A stretch of DNA of 63,921 nucleotides, counting the filler, from Hyphochytrium catenoides (taxonomy: Eukaryota > Protista > Hyphochytriomycota), in NCBI GenBank assembly GCA_900088475.1. It is 5 parts of 5 records of this genome, joined end to end, with 100 filler letters (N's around TTAATTAATTAA, not from the genome) between each part and the next. Parts side by side here need not be neighbours in the genome. Positions count along the whole stretch, not along the records: positions 7,541 to 39,015 come from FLMG01003795.1; 4 more parts are not named here. One strand, written 5' to 3'. The translations under genes were made by a program, and so were the position numbers. The notes beneath the pieces are model-generated. The model was not told the DNA's origin. It did not search any database and saw nothing but the letters and a program-made list of their open reading frames with translations. Positions within the stretch are counted from its first letter, which is position 1; each line of letters starts with the position of its first letter. Positions 12,481 through 23,237 of the stretch are shown in pieces.

Positions 12481-13914
12481 AAGGTGAAATATCCGGTGGA
12501 TATTAGGTTTTAATGGCGCGGTTAGGGGATGGGGCTGACCTCGCTCCCTAGTCTCAGATTTGCTTGGTCAGCCTCAGCCTTTGCAGCCTGCCCAGACCTA
12601 GACACAATGACAACGGAGAGGGGAGGCACCGCTGACTACACCCGTGCAGCGCAGCAGAAACAGTCAACCGCCCGCTCGCCCTTAGCTGGTCCGGACCTAT
12701 GTTGGAGGAGATGATAGTATGTATTTATTAGTGAGGCGGGTCGGTAAGGAGTTCATACTTTCCGCTTAGTTCTGGTTAGTTAGTTAAAGAGTTAGGAGCA
12801 CGGCTATTACTAACGGGCCACCAAGAGCCTCCTCTCGCTTGACCTAGCTAGGCGGCAAGGAGAGCTCCCAGGGTGAGCAGAAGGAATTCCTATCGGCTAC
12901 CTGACGACCGGTAGGAGGCTCTCAGATCGCTAGATCACTACCTATCAAAGGTCTCTCCGCACTAATGGGCAGTCCATGATGATGGTGCTTACCGGCACTG
13001 GTCAGTGAGTTCAGTCACTGGAATGGGAACAGCGCAGAAAAATGAGGACACGATGGAGATGCTCTCATGTAGTATCTCAAAGGGCCGGCGAGCTTGCCTC
13101 GATACCTCCTCCTGGTTGGCTTCATGCAGTGGTTAATCTCAACCTGATTGAGAATCGCCTGCTTGGACCTGATTGAACCCTCCTCTCATTCTCTAGAATA
13201 CATAGGTGTGGCGATAGATCAAAAGTAACAAAAGTAAGCAGCCAGGTGAGGCCGACGATTACATTATTTTCCTGGGGTCAAACTTAGCTAACTATGTTAC
13301 TGAACTTGCTCAATCCGAAAGGGTGTGACCTAGACAACCTCACTGAAACAGGTTCTATGGAACCTTCTGATATGATGATAACTCAGCTGCTGGGGCATCT
13401 ACTACTACTAGTTTCTTCTTGATGAGTAACAGGGCTTCATACTCCTTGAAAGGATGATGGTCTGGGGAGGAGAGAAGAAGAACAAGCCTCAACCCAAGCA
13501 CGACAAGAAAATGGTAGGCAACAAGAAGCAGCAGAGGACGATGAACGTGTGGAACCCACTGAAAGGACAGAAGAATTGAGCGCCAAGTTGTCTCTAAGTA
13601 ACTCAAAGATTCACTACGTACTCCGCGCTCTCTTTCCTTCTCATCCTCTTTCTTTATTCCGGTTGCCCATTGGCTGCTGTCAAGTGCCCTCTTGATTCCT
13701 TAATGCTTGTCTCACGTTGGCAGACGAAGCATGAAGGACGCTAATCACTCTATGAATGATAAGGGTTAAGACCGCGATCTATAAAGCTCACCACGGGGCA
13801 TACAAACAGCAGTAGTACGCCGTTATGAAGGAAGAAGGGCCTGTGAACCACCCTTCTTTGTCCGTAAGATATGTAGGGAAAAGGTGCAGCCATGGCTAGT
13901 CGTATTTATTGTCC

Positions 13915-15030
13915 TTAGATGAGCCTGCCGGCAAGACTTACGACCACAGCCGCTAGGGTAGAAAATAACGGTAGAATAGTAGGATCTCTTGCAGCTGAAG
14001 AAGGGGAAGAAGGTGTCTCCTCTGTCGTCGTCCCTATGGTGGGATCGACTTTCTCTTTTGGGTCATCTTGAGGCAGGCCGTCGCTTGGCTGCTCAGTACT
14101 TTCTAAGTCCTCTGTTGGCACATCAGTGCCCTCGTCAGTGCCATTGTGTCGCAGAGAGGTTGGCGCCTCCGTAACTTTGCGGGGAGGTTCTGAGGTGAAC
14201 TTGCTGGAAGTCGGTACTTTCGAAGAAGAATCTGATGGAGTCGGAGCTGGAATTGGAGAGGGAGTCTGCGGCTTGGGAGATGATTGAGGAGGGGGCTCTG
14301 CAGGCCCGGGTTCTTCAGCTCTATAGCCCCAATATTTGCCCACATCGTACGATACTTCCTCAAACGAGGCCGTTGAGATCTGCTCGTTCCTCGGTGGCGT
14401 GTAGAAGCCCTTCCAAGACGGAGGTATTATCCATCCGGCGCGAGATCCTTGGTAGGGGAAGCTGAGGACTGTCGGTAGCTCCGAGTACTTGTTGGGACAC
14501 TTCTGCCCAGGCTCGAGAAAGTATTGTTTTGCTTTAGTGACGCAGCACCTCAGAACTTCGTCATCCATCATATAGCGTGGATGGAAGAAATCTCGTCCAA
14601 GCCTGACGGCCTCGTCCCAACAGCACGCGATGTCCCCGAAACCTTTTTCCTTTACAATTGGCGTCTCCTGAAGCAACGGGAGCACCTTTTCATATTGAAC
14701 TCTCACTGTTCCAATGTAGACGCCCCGGGTCCTGGTGTACGTCATCAAGTTCTCGCAGGTGTAATAGTCCCACATAGGTCGGTATTGAGAAGGTGCTGAG
14801 GTGGTTGGGGGTGGTGACGGCGTGACAAACTGTCTCGGTGAGGAAGGGGAACCAGTTAGGGTCGTGGGTGGAGCCTCTGGAGACAGGGCTGCTGGAGCTG
14901 TTAGGAAAAGCTCCCTCCTATCATTAGCCTCCTCGTCAACTCCGATAGGAGCACTGCATACACTTTGGGTCGCAAGGAAGATTGAGATAGTGAAGAGTAG
15001 ATTTGTTGGACGGCAATTTACGGGTACCAT
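13915..15030 (-). CDS. Secreted, probably GPI-anchored surface protein (371 aa) with Cys-containing core and P/S/T-rich stalk
   Basis: Single-exon ORF with an N-terminal hydrophobic signal (LLFTISIFLATQSVCSA), a central Cys-containing globular region, a mucin-like PST tract, and C-terminal small residues (SSAA) plus a hydrophobic tail (ILPLFSTLAAVVVSLAG). Confidence 0.8.
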   Translation of the reverse strand: MVPVNCRPTNLLFTISIFLATQSVCSAPIGVDEEANDRRELFLTAPAALSPEAPPTTLTGSPSSPRQFVTPSPPPTTSAPSQYRPMWDYYTCENLMTYTRTRGVYIGTVRVQYEKVLPLLQETPIVKEKGFGDIACCWDEAVRLGRDFFHPRYMMDDEVLRCCVTKAKQYFLEPGQKCPNKYSELPTVLSFPYQGSRAGWIIPPSWKGFYTPPRNEQISTASFEEVSYDVGKYWGYRAEEPGPAEPPPQSSPKPQTPSPIPAPTPSDSSSKVPTSSKFTSEPPRKVTEAPTSLRHNGTDEGTDVPTEDLESTEQPSDGLPQDDPKEKVDPTIGTTTEETPSSPSSAARDPTILPLFSTLAAVVVSLAGRLI

Positions 15031-17425
15031 TTTGTTGGACGGTGGGAGGCTGTGCCTACGTTAACTTTCGCACAATGAAAGCTCAAAGCCCCTTTGACCA
15101 TTGGGGAGAGGAGGTCAACTGAGTTCACCGCGGCTGGGCTGCTGGTAGTAGCCTTGTCCAGCAGATTGATAAGTGGGCATGAATTCTATTATGCGGCGGC
15201 GCTCTCATGGGTGTTTGATGAAGAAGGTCTTTTACTACGTAAAGAACTCACTCTATCCCTTTGTTCTTCGTCAGCGACAGAGAAAGATCGGTGATTCGCG
15301 TCAGAGTGGTGGTGGCGGTCTTTCTAATAGTGCTGTTGCTACGGACGACTGACGACGAAGGAAGAAGAGGAGGACGGAAAGAAGAGCGAGGTACAGAGGT
15401 GAGGGGATTGCGTGTGGACGGGAGGCAAAAAGTGGAGAAAGTTAGGTTTAGAAAGTTTGGACTCCTCTACTACCCTTTTCAGGTATATAAACCACGGCCC
15501 TAGAAGAAGAAGAGCTGCCGCCAAAAGTTTAGAGGAAACGCTGTTTGCGTGGTCGCAACATTTGAAAGCGATGGTGTCGTCATCATCTCATCATCTCACG
15601 CCCTTTCTGTAGAGGAAAAGGTAAAGTCAATGCTGGCGGAGGTAGGACCTACGAGCAGCTCAGGAGGAGGAGGAAGAGCGAGCTGCACGAGCTGCTGGTT
15701 ATCGGAAGAGGAAAAAAGCTTCTCTTGAATCCTTTCTTCTCCTGCTCCTGCTCCTACTCCCTACGAGTACGAGTAGTACTTGTAGAAATACTCCAGCAGC
15801 AGCCCTTCCATCTGTAGCCAGTCAGGCAATTGTTGGACGCGTGAGCCACAATCCTCTCTCATCGAACCGTTCTTCTTGCCCTGATCATGTGACGTGATGG
15901 CAACAAGTCCAACGGTGGACTGAAGAAGGTCAACACGAGTAGACAAGTCCCTACTCCTCCAGAGTATGCGCCTTCGCCATGAAGTGGAGCGAAGGTAACA
16001 AACTGGCATACGAAAAAATGTCAAGAAAACAGTCAATTCTTGGAAACAGTCGGTTATTACGACAAAATGTCAAGAAAACAGTCGGTTATGGGGGTTTTGA
16101 CTAGTACATTTCATGGAAAATACCTCATCAGGGCTAAAGATAAAGCTTAGATTCCTGTTGAAGTATTTCTTTTGATCCAATGCTAATGAAATGTTTCCAT
16201 CAAGTGAAAGGTCATGGAAAGGAGTTGGGCGTGGAGAGAACTACTGTCCATCATCGTGGGCTAGCGTATAGCTTTTTCGTGTATTTGCGGCGGGAGGAGG
16301 AGTCTGCCGATGGCCATTCGCTTTGCCGATGGCGGCTATGTCTTCATGCCGCTGACTTACGGAACTTATGGCGGTTTCCCCATCATCATTATGGTCAACA
16401 TTATTATTACTAAAAAAGATCTTTACTGCCTCTTCAGTGATTACATCATCACGTCGGTCGTGTCTCTGGCTGGTCGCTCTAATAACCAATCTCTGACAAC
16501 TTGTCGAGCGCAAAGCAGCGGGCGGACGAAGGCCTGAAAGTTCTTCCTTTTAGAAAGAACGAGGGATGACGTTTCTTGAGACGATACAGAGTTGGAAAAG
16601 TGGTAGTCCTCAAGAAGCAGCTCTACTTCCTCTGCATCATGCACATGGAAGGTACGTAGTAGTAGTAGTGACGAGCTCGGCGGTCATCGCTTCGGTTTGC
16701 TTCGTCAAGACTCGTGGCTGCAATGTTGCAATGACGAAGGAGAGATTTAACGCTGAATACATGCATCAGTTAGGTTTCCTTTTTTGGGGTTTCGATTAAA
16801 GTATGTGAGTGAGAGACGGGTAGTGCTCTTGAGTTTTGCGTTGAAGAATAATGCACCTCTCAAAAGCATACTACTACAGATGAGCTCTCATACTCTTAAT
16901 AACCATAATAGCGTTAGCTAGGAGTTGACCGTAGACTGCAGCAACAGGAGGTGGGACGTCATAAGTAGTGTTGGTGGTGGAAGCTTCAAGGATCTCATCC
17001 CTTGTTGTCCGTACGCAGCAATAGCCACCAACACCATCAACCTTGTTGTCCCTTTTGCCTAGAGGCGCGGGTATCGGGTACCTCTCCACCTACAGATATG
17101 GCTATCCTAATCCATACCGCTGCCTGCATGCTAGTCCCAGGAAGTTGTTCTTCATGCAGAACATGGTGTGGCATAACAATAATGGAGGTCTTGAAGTGAG
17201 GAGGGAGGAGCTTGATGGTTGCATACAGCGCTCCTCCCACCGCTTCTTGCACTGGGTGTTGGTTGCTTGAATTGTTTCTTCAATCTTAGCGGTTACTCAC
17301 TATGACATTTATGTCTTATACAGTCTCTACTATTTCTCATTCTATCATCAAAGAAAGCGCAGGGGTATAAAGGCGCAGAGGTACAGATTTATGGCGGGAG
17401 TGGGCGCCCAGCCCGCCTTAGTGTA

Positions 17426-19300
17426 CTATTTTGGAGTAGGCTTCACTGGTACTGAAGCGGGAAGTACATTGGTGGCCTTCGCTTCCAAGCTCCCGCTGCC
17501 TCCGTGACCGCTGCCGCCACCTGCATGATGGCTTCTTCCTCCTCCATGCTTGGTATTGATCCTTGGCCAGTTGCACCTTCTCCACTTCCCGTCTTCCGGG
17601 TCATCCTTGCGCTGTGGCTCTTGTATGTACAAGCTGTATAGCTTCGACCCATTACTATGATGGCTGATCCTGTCGCAGCTATCATGAGGGTCATGGTCTG
17701 GAGAACCACATAGCTTGGAGCAGTAAGAGCCGAGTATTGCATGGCAAAGGTGATAGCTCCCGGTAGGATGGAGTTACACAGAGCGATCGCCATGTGCTTA
17801 GCCTCAAAACAGTAGTTGGCACCGATGTCCCAGGACTTCTTCGCAAAGTAGCATCCTGACCCTACAAGGATGGCTTTCCAAGCAGCCATCAAGATGGTAA
17901 AGGCTCCATGGTGTTTGGAGCCGCATGTCTTCAATCGTGACCAGGAAGGTGGCGACAATCACCGCCGTATGGCGACCAGAGCACGAGTAGCAAGATGTCA
18001 ACGAAGATGACAGAGATGATTGGGACAGCGATAGTCCTATTGGTGATCGCCTTCCTCTTCAGCTGTAGGTCGTTGAAGAGCTGCTGAACCCTCAAGAAGA
18101 GCTTCATGAAGAGTGTGCCGTACATCAGCGTGGAGCTGAGGTGGAAGGCCCATGGTCCGTCAAAGCATGCAGCTAGAGTCCGTGTTTTTACCAATAAAGG
18201 TGAGAGAGGAGGCATTAAGGAGTATGGCCGCAAGTAGGAAGGAGTAGCAGAATGGCCGCTGAGCCATTACGATGATCGCCGTGTGCCTGTAGTCTAGATC
18301 ACAGAGAAAGAACCCTTGATCCTGCCATCATGTGCCCTTTTTCCCTCAGCTCTGGCAGTACAGCTGACAGATGCAGCAGCGTGCTGAGCCGTGAATGGCT
18401 GGAGACCCTAATCCTACTCTCTTCAGACACAAATTGGCTGCCATAGGCTGCCTGGCATCGGCGGTTTCTATGCTACGACGTGCTCTGTATGGGCCAGCAG
18501 GATCCGCCGCAGATTGGCCTCGCATCACCGACCCGCGAGCTCCGAGAGAGAACAGCCAATGCGGCGAACGAAGATTGGCACCTGCGGCTTAAGTTCCATA
18601 TCGCGTAGTATCCATTATTGCCACCGGAGGATAGGGGTGCCGGAACATCGTCTACGACTGCCGCCATTCAGATTATTCGGAATGCTGCTTGGTTTGCCTG
18701 TTGCCGAACGAGCCCAGGTGAGGGCTAGGAAACGAGATGAACGAAGGCCAGATAATGGGACTTCACGCCTTCAGTCAGCGACTGCATGTCGTCCGTCGGA
18801 TCGACCGACGATACCAAGCGCGGGCTTCACAGTGTGCTCTCATCTGCTCCTAAAGTTAGGAGCAACGTGCTAGAACGAACAGTAGGAAGCTAGAACAGTA
18901 GGAAAACGCTCGCTAAAGAAGGCCGCTCCGGGCATTGCTGGGCGCCTGTAACAAAGGTGGAGACTGACAAGACTCTAGCTGCGGTGGAAGACTTTGGGAA
19001 TTGTCAGCAGCCTGTGGGCCACTCTACGGACGGCGCGTGATAATTCTCGCATCGCACAGCAGACTGAGGCCGCCCAAGCAAACAAGCGTAGACAGGACGT
19101 CACTGTTGAAGCTTGGGCTAGAGCCCTGGTACAAGTCTTGACCTAAGAAGAAGCTGGGACTAGGTTTACGTTGGGCCATTTCTGGTCGAAAGCGTCGTTT
19201 CCGCCACTGCTTATCGACTCCCCTTACCGGCTTTATATGACAGGTTATAACCACCAGTCTTCCACGTCTCCAAGCTTAAGAAATCTCTCGAGCCCATGGA
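17426..19300 (-). pseudogene. Class C (GABA-B/7tm_3-like) GPCR pseudogene
   Basis: YRHTAIIVMAQRPFC..SSCML/PWAFHLSSTLMYGTLFMKLFLRVQQLFN, VDILLLVLW, CGSKH..WKAILVGSGCYFAKKSWDIG..EAKHMAIALCN follow the 7tm_3 pattern. There is an in-frame TGA and frameshifts. The upstream extracellular region is badly decayed, so the 5' boundary is approximate. Confidence 0.75.
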
Positions 19301-20222
19301 AATGCAGGCCCAAGATTGCCCGCTACCTCCACCGGCCCTGGTTGATGAACGTGACGAGTAGGTACGGGAAAGCTATTTTAGACACATGTCTATCTAGGGA
19401 CGGCGACAATATCTAAGCAAGTATAAAGCAGGTTATGCTATTCATGATGCGTCGTGGGGACCGGAGGCTATGATCACGCATGCTGACGTTCTTCTCCGAT
19501 AGTATTGGCAATGGCAAGGCCAGAGATCTAGTGGTATTCATCCTCCTCGCAGAACGAAGAGGAGGTCAGACTAAAAGGGGAGAGAATACGGTTTCTCCTC
19601 ATATTCTATCTTCCGTACGTAGCGATATCTCAATCTCACTTATCAATGGATTTCCATGAACCCAGTAGGGACGTTGTTCCTTACAGCGACGGTTCAGAGC
19701 GCAACCCTAATTTTTGACCCGTCAACTAATGAATCCTAGCCTCTATAGATTAAGAAGAGAAAGAAGAAGCAGCCAGGCGAATGGAGGAGAAGAAAGCGAA
19801 GAAGAGGAGAAAGATCCAAGAATAGTAGGAAAGAACGAGACCCGAGCCAGCAACTTGGTCCTAACATGGCGACGTGAAAAAGATGAAGCTCCGTGAGCGT
19901 GAAGTGGAAAAGGGCAGGGTCATGGAAATCCTTGCAGCTCGCTGCAATAATAAAAATATAAAGCATTATGTGTCACATCTCGTTAAAAAAGCTGCACCTC
20001 CAGTAGTTAGCTCTGCTGAGAACACATAGCAGAGGGAGAGGAAGAAGAAGAAGATGAAGAGAAGGAGAAGAACAGATATAGAAAGGTAAAGTAGCACATG
20101 GAGGACAGACGGCGATCAAAGACACATGAGACGGAGAGAAATGAAGGATGAAAGGAGGACAAGAAACGGAAAAGACCATAGATAAAGAGAGACTATCCGC
20201 AGCTATTCTCTCCTCGTTCTTA

Positions 20223-23200
20223 TCAAAGAGACCCGCGGTATTGCGAGATGGCCTTAGGCGTGGGCTTGAGACCCTGGGTAGTAGAGCTCTTGAGCCAGCA
20301 GGTTCCTCCATTGTAGTCCGTCCAAGTGTAAGCTACACAGCCCTCCGCTGCTCTACACTTCCCACAGCAGTCTGGCCAGTCCAGTCCTTTTTCGTTTCTT
20401 AGATCTCCTCCTACAAAGTCCTGATCGAAGAGCACTTCAGTGGCGCACTTGGAGACAATCGCAGAGATGGCCCCAGCAAGCTGCCGTCTGCCCCCCGCAT
20501 GCGTGCTCTTCAAGAAGCAGGTTCCTCCGTTCATATTCGTCCAAGTGAAGGCATTGCAAGCTCTTGCAGACTCACAGGCAGCGCAACAGCCGCTGGCACT
20601 TGCAGAAGGCGCTTGTCCCACATCATTGGCAATGAAATCCACATTATCCTCTAACGTACTGCATCGGCCAGTCCCCTCTGTCTGTTTCACACCTGATGTC
20701 GCCCCAACCTTCGTGATTCTATTTCCTGTCCCTGTCTTAAGGTAACAGCGACCTTGCGAGAAGGTGAAGGCCTTGCATTCGGGTTCACTTCTGCACTGGA
20801 AGCAGCAAGCGCCTTCATCTACGGCGGGTCCATTCCTCAAGTCATTTCCATAGTAATCAACGTCCTTCTCTGTGGTGCAGAAGGGCAGAGGCGAAGGTGT
20901 TGGGGGCGGAGGGGAGGGCGTAGGAGCAGGGAAAGGAGAGGGAGATGGGGTAGGATTGCCACTAAGTACCACAGCAGAGATGGTACCAGAAACAGCTTGA
21001 GGCACGCCCTTGCCCTTCTTGAACCAGCAGGTGCCGCCATTGTAGCCAGACCAAGTGAAAGCGCCACATCCTGGAAATTGGCGACACTTATCGCAGCAGG
21101 CTGAGGGTTGCGCTGGGAAGAAGTTGCCAATGTCATTGCCTGGACCTGTGTAGTCAATGCCTTGCTCCAAAACACCACAGGGGCCACTTGGAGGAGTAGG
21201 CGGAGGAGGAGACGGAGTGGGCGGAGTAGGAGTAGGAGTAGGAGCAGGAGTAGGAGGAGGAGGAGCCGTGGTGGGTCCGGTACGGATGACTGTGGCGGAG
21301 AACGCGCCCGTGGCCGTAGTGACTGTGCCCTTGCCCTTTTTCAAGAAGCAAGTTCCACCATTGTAACTTGACCACGTAAACGCATTGCAAGCAGCGTTTT
21401 GTTGGCAGATCTCACAGCAACCCTCAGCCCTAGCGCTGCGCACTTGCCCTTGAGGGCCGGAAAGATCTTCGCCGAAGAAGTCCGTGTCGGCTTGCAATGC
21501 AGAGCAAGTGCCAGAGGGAGGGGAAGTGGCAAGCGCTTGCTTGATGAGTTTCCCGGCTTGGTGGCCAATGTACATGATGAAGCCCATAGGATTGACCGTT
21601 CCTTCCTTCATGAGACTTGCATCCACAACATAAATGTTAGAAGTTCCCAGCACCTTGAACGATTGGTCAGCGCATCTTTGAGCGTCAGAAGCATCGCTAG
21701 AGGTGTAACAGCTGCCACCAAAGTGGTTGGTGGCCAAGGAGTTGCTTCTGATCCAGTCTTGAACATTCTCCCCAGCTGCGGGTGCGAGTGGGGTGGAGCC
21801 ATCGCGAGACAGCATGTCAATGAGCTTGCTGACGTAGGAGACCATAGCACTGAAGTCATTGCCATCAGAGAGATAGAGAGAGCCACGTGCGGATGCATAC
21901 CATTTGCCATCATCCCGGAAGGAACCAAAGTCCCTAGAGCGAGGGTTGTTGACATAGATGGGAGTAGAGAACGCTTGGTCGTTGCCATTGTGCGCCGCAA
22001 AGCCGTGAGGTAAGACAGTTAGCTGGAACTCAAAGTCCAAGTTGTTCACTTTGTAGTTCTCATAACCAATCAGAACTGGGCCGGTGTAGGCCCAAGGTCC
22101 ACGCTGGCCCTGATTGACATACTGATTGATCGCTGCTTGCGCCGCGGGTGATGTCTTCGGATTGTGCCGAAAGGCCTGCATCGCACTGTTGCGAAAGGAC
22201 GGAATGACGAGTGCAGTGTCAAAAATATTCTTGCCAACATTGTTATTGATCACCCAGCCTCCTCCTGCGGAAGCTTTTACGCCTGGGAAAGTATTTAACC
22301 GGTCTAAGAGCTGCAGTTGGTCGGCTGGTCCAACGCCGCTTTGAATGAGAACTTTGGGGGTGGACAGGGCGCCGGCTGCCATCACGACAACTCCGCGAGG
22401 GGTTAGCGGTACACGGACGGTCGCACCAGTCTCACTCTTATACACCACCGCCACGGCTTTCCCCTGAAATTGTTCAATGTACGTGACCTCTGCCAGGTTG
22501 ATCAGCTTATAATTGGGTCGAGAGCGGAAAGCGCCATAGAACGTCTTGGCTGGGGTGTCGCGAAGGCCATCTTTCTCGGCGAAAGGAGGATAGCCAAAGG
22601 TCTTGCTCTTGGAGTTCCTGGCAGCATTGTCATTGAGAGTCTTCTGGGAGTAGCCACCCGTAGATAATGCGCGAGAGACTATCTGGAATGCCTCTTGAAT
22701 GTACCTCTGACCGTCAGGAGAGGGATTGTCGGTGCTCCCGAAGAGCTTTTCAATCTCATCAAAGCCCGAAGTCACCTCGGCCGCAGAGAACGGCCACTTG
22801 GTCTTGGTGACATAGTCATCAGGAGTGCGAAAGTAGAGTGCACCATTGAGAGATGAACAACCCCCAGTCAGCTTTCCAAGCCAAGTGTAAGGAGACGCGA
22901 TCCAGTTCACTCTGTAGCCCTTCTGATCAAAGATCTCTTGGAATGGAGTGTTCTCATACTCGCCAGGCACGTCAAAGACCGTCCAGCCCTTGCCAGCGCC
23001 ATAGGAGGTGAACTCTGTTCCTCCAGAAGCGGCCAGAGAAGGCTTGCCAGCCTCCAAGACTAGTACCTTCACCGTTGGATCACGGGTGAGATGCTCCGCC
23101 GCAACTAATCCCCCAGGTCCACTGCCAACAATGATCACATCGTACGAATCTTGGCCGCTCACGGCCGATGGATGGAGACACAGAGCAGCGATCGCCCCAT

Positions 23201-23237
23201 AGAGTGCGCACAAGTGCAGCTTATGCCGCTGCAGCAT
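20223..23237 (-). CDS. Secreted GMC oxidoreductase (cellobiose dehydrogenase-like flavin domain, AA3) fused to five PAN/apple modules
   Basis: Intact intronless 1004-aa ORF: signal peptide; YDVIIVGSGPGG FAD motif; GGCSSLNGALY; AAGALSTPKVLIQSGVGP; TNHF and VNPM (His/Asn catalytic pair); VVDAS; five C..D(F/Y).G.D..CC..C....C.A(F/Y)T.....C..K repeats with P/T linkers. Confidence 0.93.
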   Translation of the reverse strand: MLQRHKLHLCALYGAIAALCLHPSAVSGQDSYDVIIVGSGPGGLVAAEHLTRDPTVKVLVLEAGKPSLAASGGTEFTSYGAGKGWTVFDVPGEYENTPFQEIFDQKGYRVNWIASPYTWLGKLTGGCSSLNGALYFRTPDDYVTKTKWPFSAAEVTSGFDEIEKLFGSTDNPSPDGQRYIQEAFQIVSRALSTGGYSQKTLNDNAARNSKSKTFGYPPFAEKDGLRDTPAKTFYGAFRSRPNYKLINLAEVTYIEQFQGKAVAVVYKSETGATVRVPLTPRGVVVMAAGALSTPKVLIQSGVGPADQLQLLDRLNTFPGVKASAGGGWVINNNVGKNIFDTALVIPSFRNSAMQAFRHNPKTSPAAQAAINQYVNQGQRGPWAYTGPVLIGYENYKVNNLDFEFQLTVLPHGFAAHNGNDQAFSTPIYVNNPRSRDFGSFRDDGKWYASARGSLYLSDGNDFSAMVSYVSKLIDMLSRDGSTPLAPAAGENVQDWIRSNSLATNHFGGSCYTSSDASDAQRCADQSFKVLGTSNIYVVDASLMKEGTVNPMGFIMYIGHQAGKLIKQALATSPPSGTCSALQADTDFFGEDLSGPQGQVRSARAEGCCEICQQNAACNAFTWSSYNGGTCFLKKGKGTVTTATGAFSATVIRTGPTTAPPPPTPAPTPTPTPPTPSPPPPTPPSGPCGVLEQGIDYTGPGNDIGNFFPAQPSACCDKCRQFPGCGAFTWSGYNGGTCWFKKGKGVPQAVSGTISAVVLSGNPTPSPSPFPAPTPSPPPPTPSPLPFCTTEKDVDYYGNDLRNGPAVDEGACCFQCRSEPECKAFTFSQGRCYLKTGTGNRITKVGATSGVKQTEGTGRCSTLEDNVDFIANDVGQAPSASASGCCAACESARACNAFTWTNMNGGTCFLKSTHAGGRRQLAGAISAIVSKCATEVLFDQDFVGGDLRNEKGLDWPDCCGKCRAAEGCVAYTWTDYNGGTCWLKSSTTQGLKPTPKAISQYRGSL

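Noticed and set aside
14905-14945. DEEANDRR after the signal peptide as an RxLR-dEER effector motif
   Set aside because: No RxLR is present, and the protein has a GPI-like tail.
16015-16087. Twice-repeated aaaatgtcaagaaaacagtc as a CRISPR-like array
   Set aside because: Only two copies with overlapping sub-repeats and no cas genes; ordinary slippage duplication.
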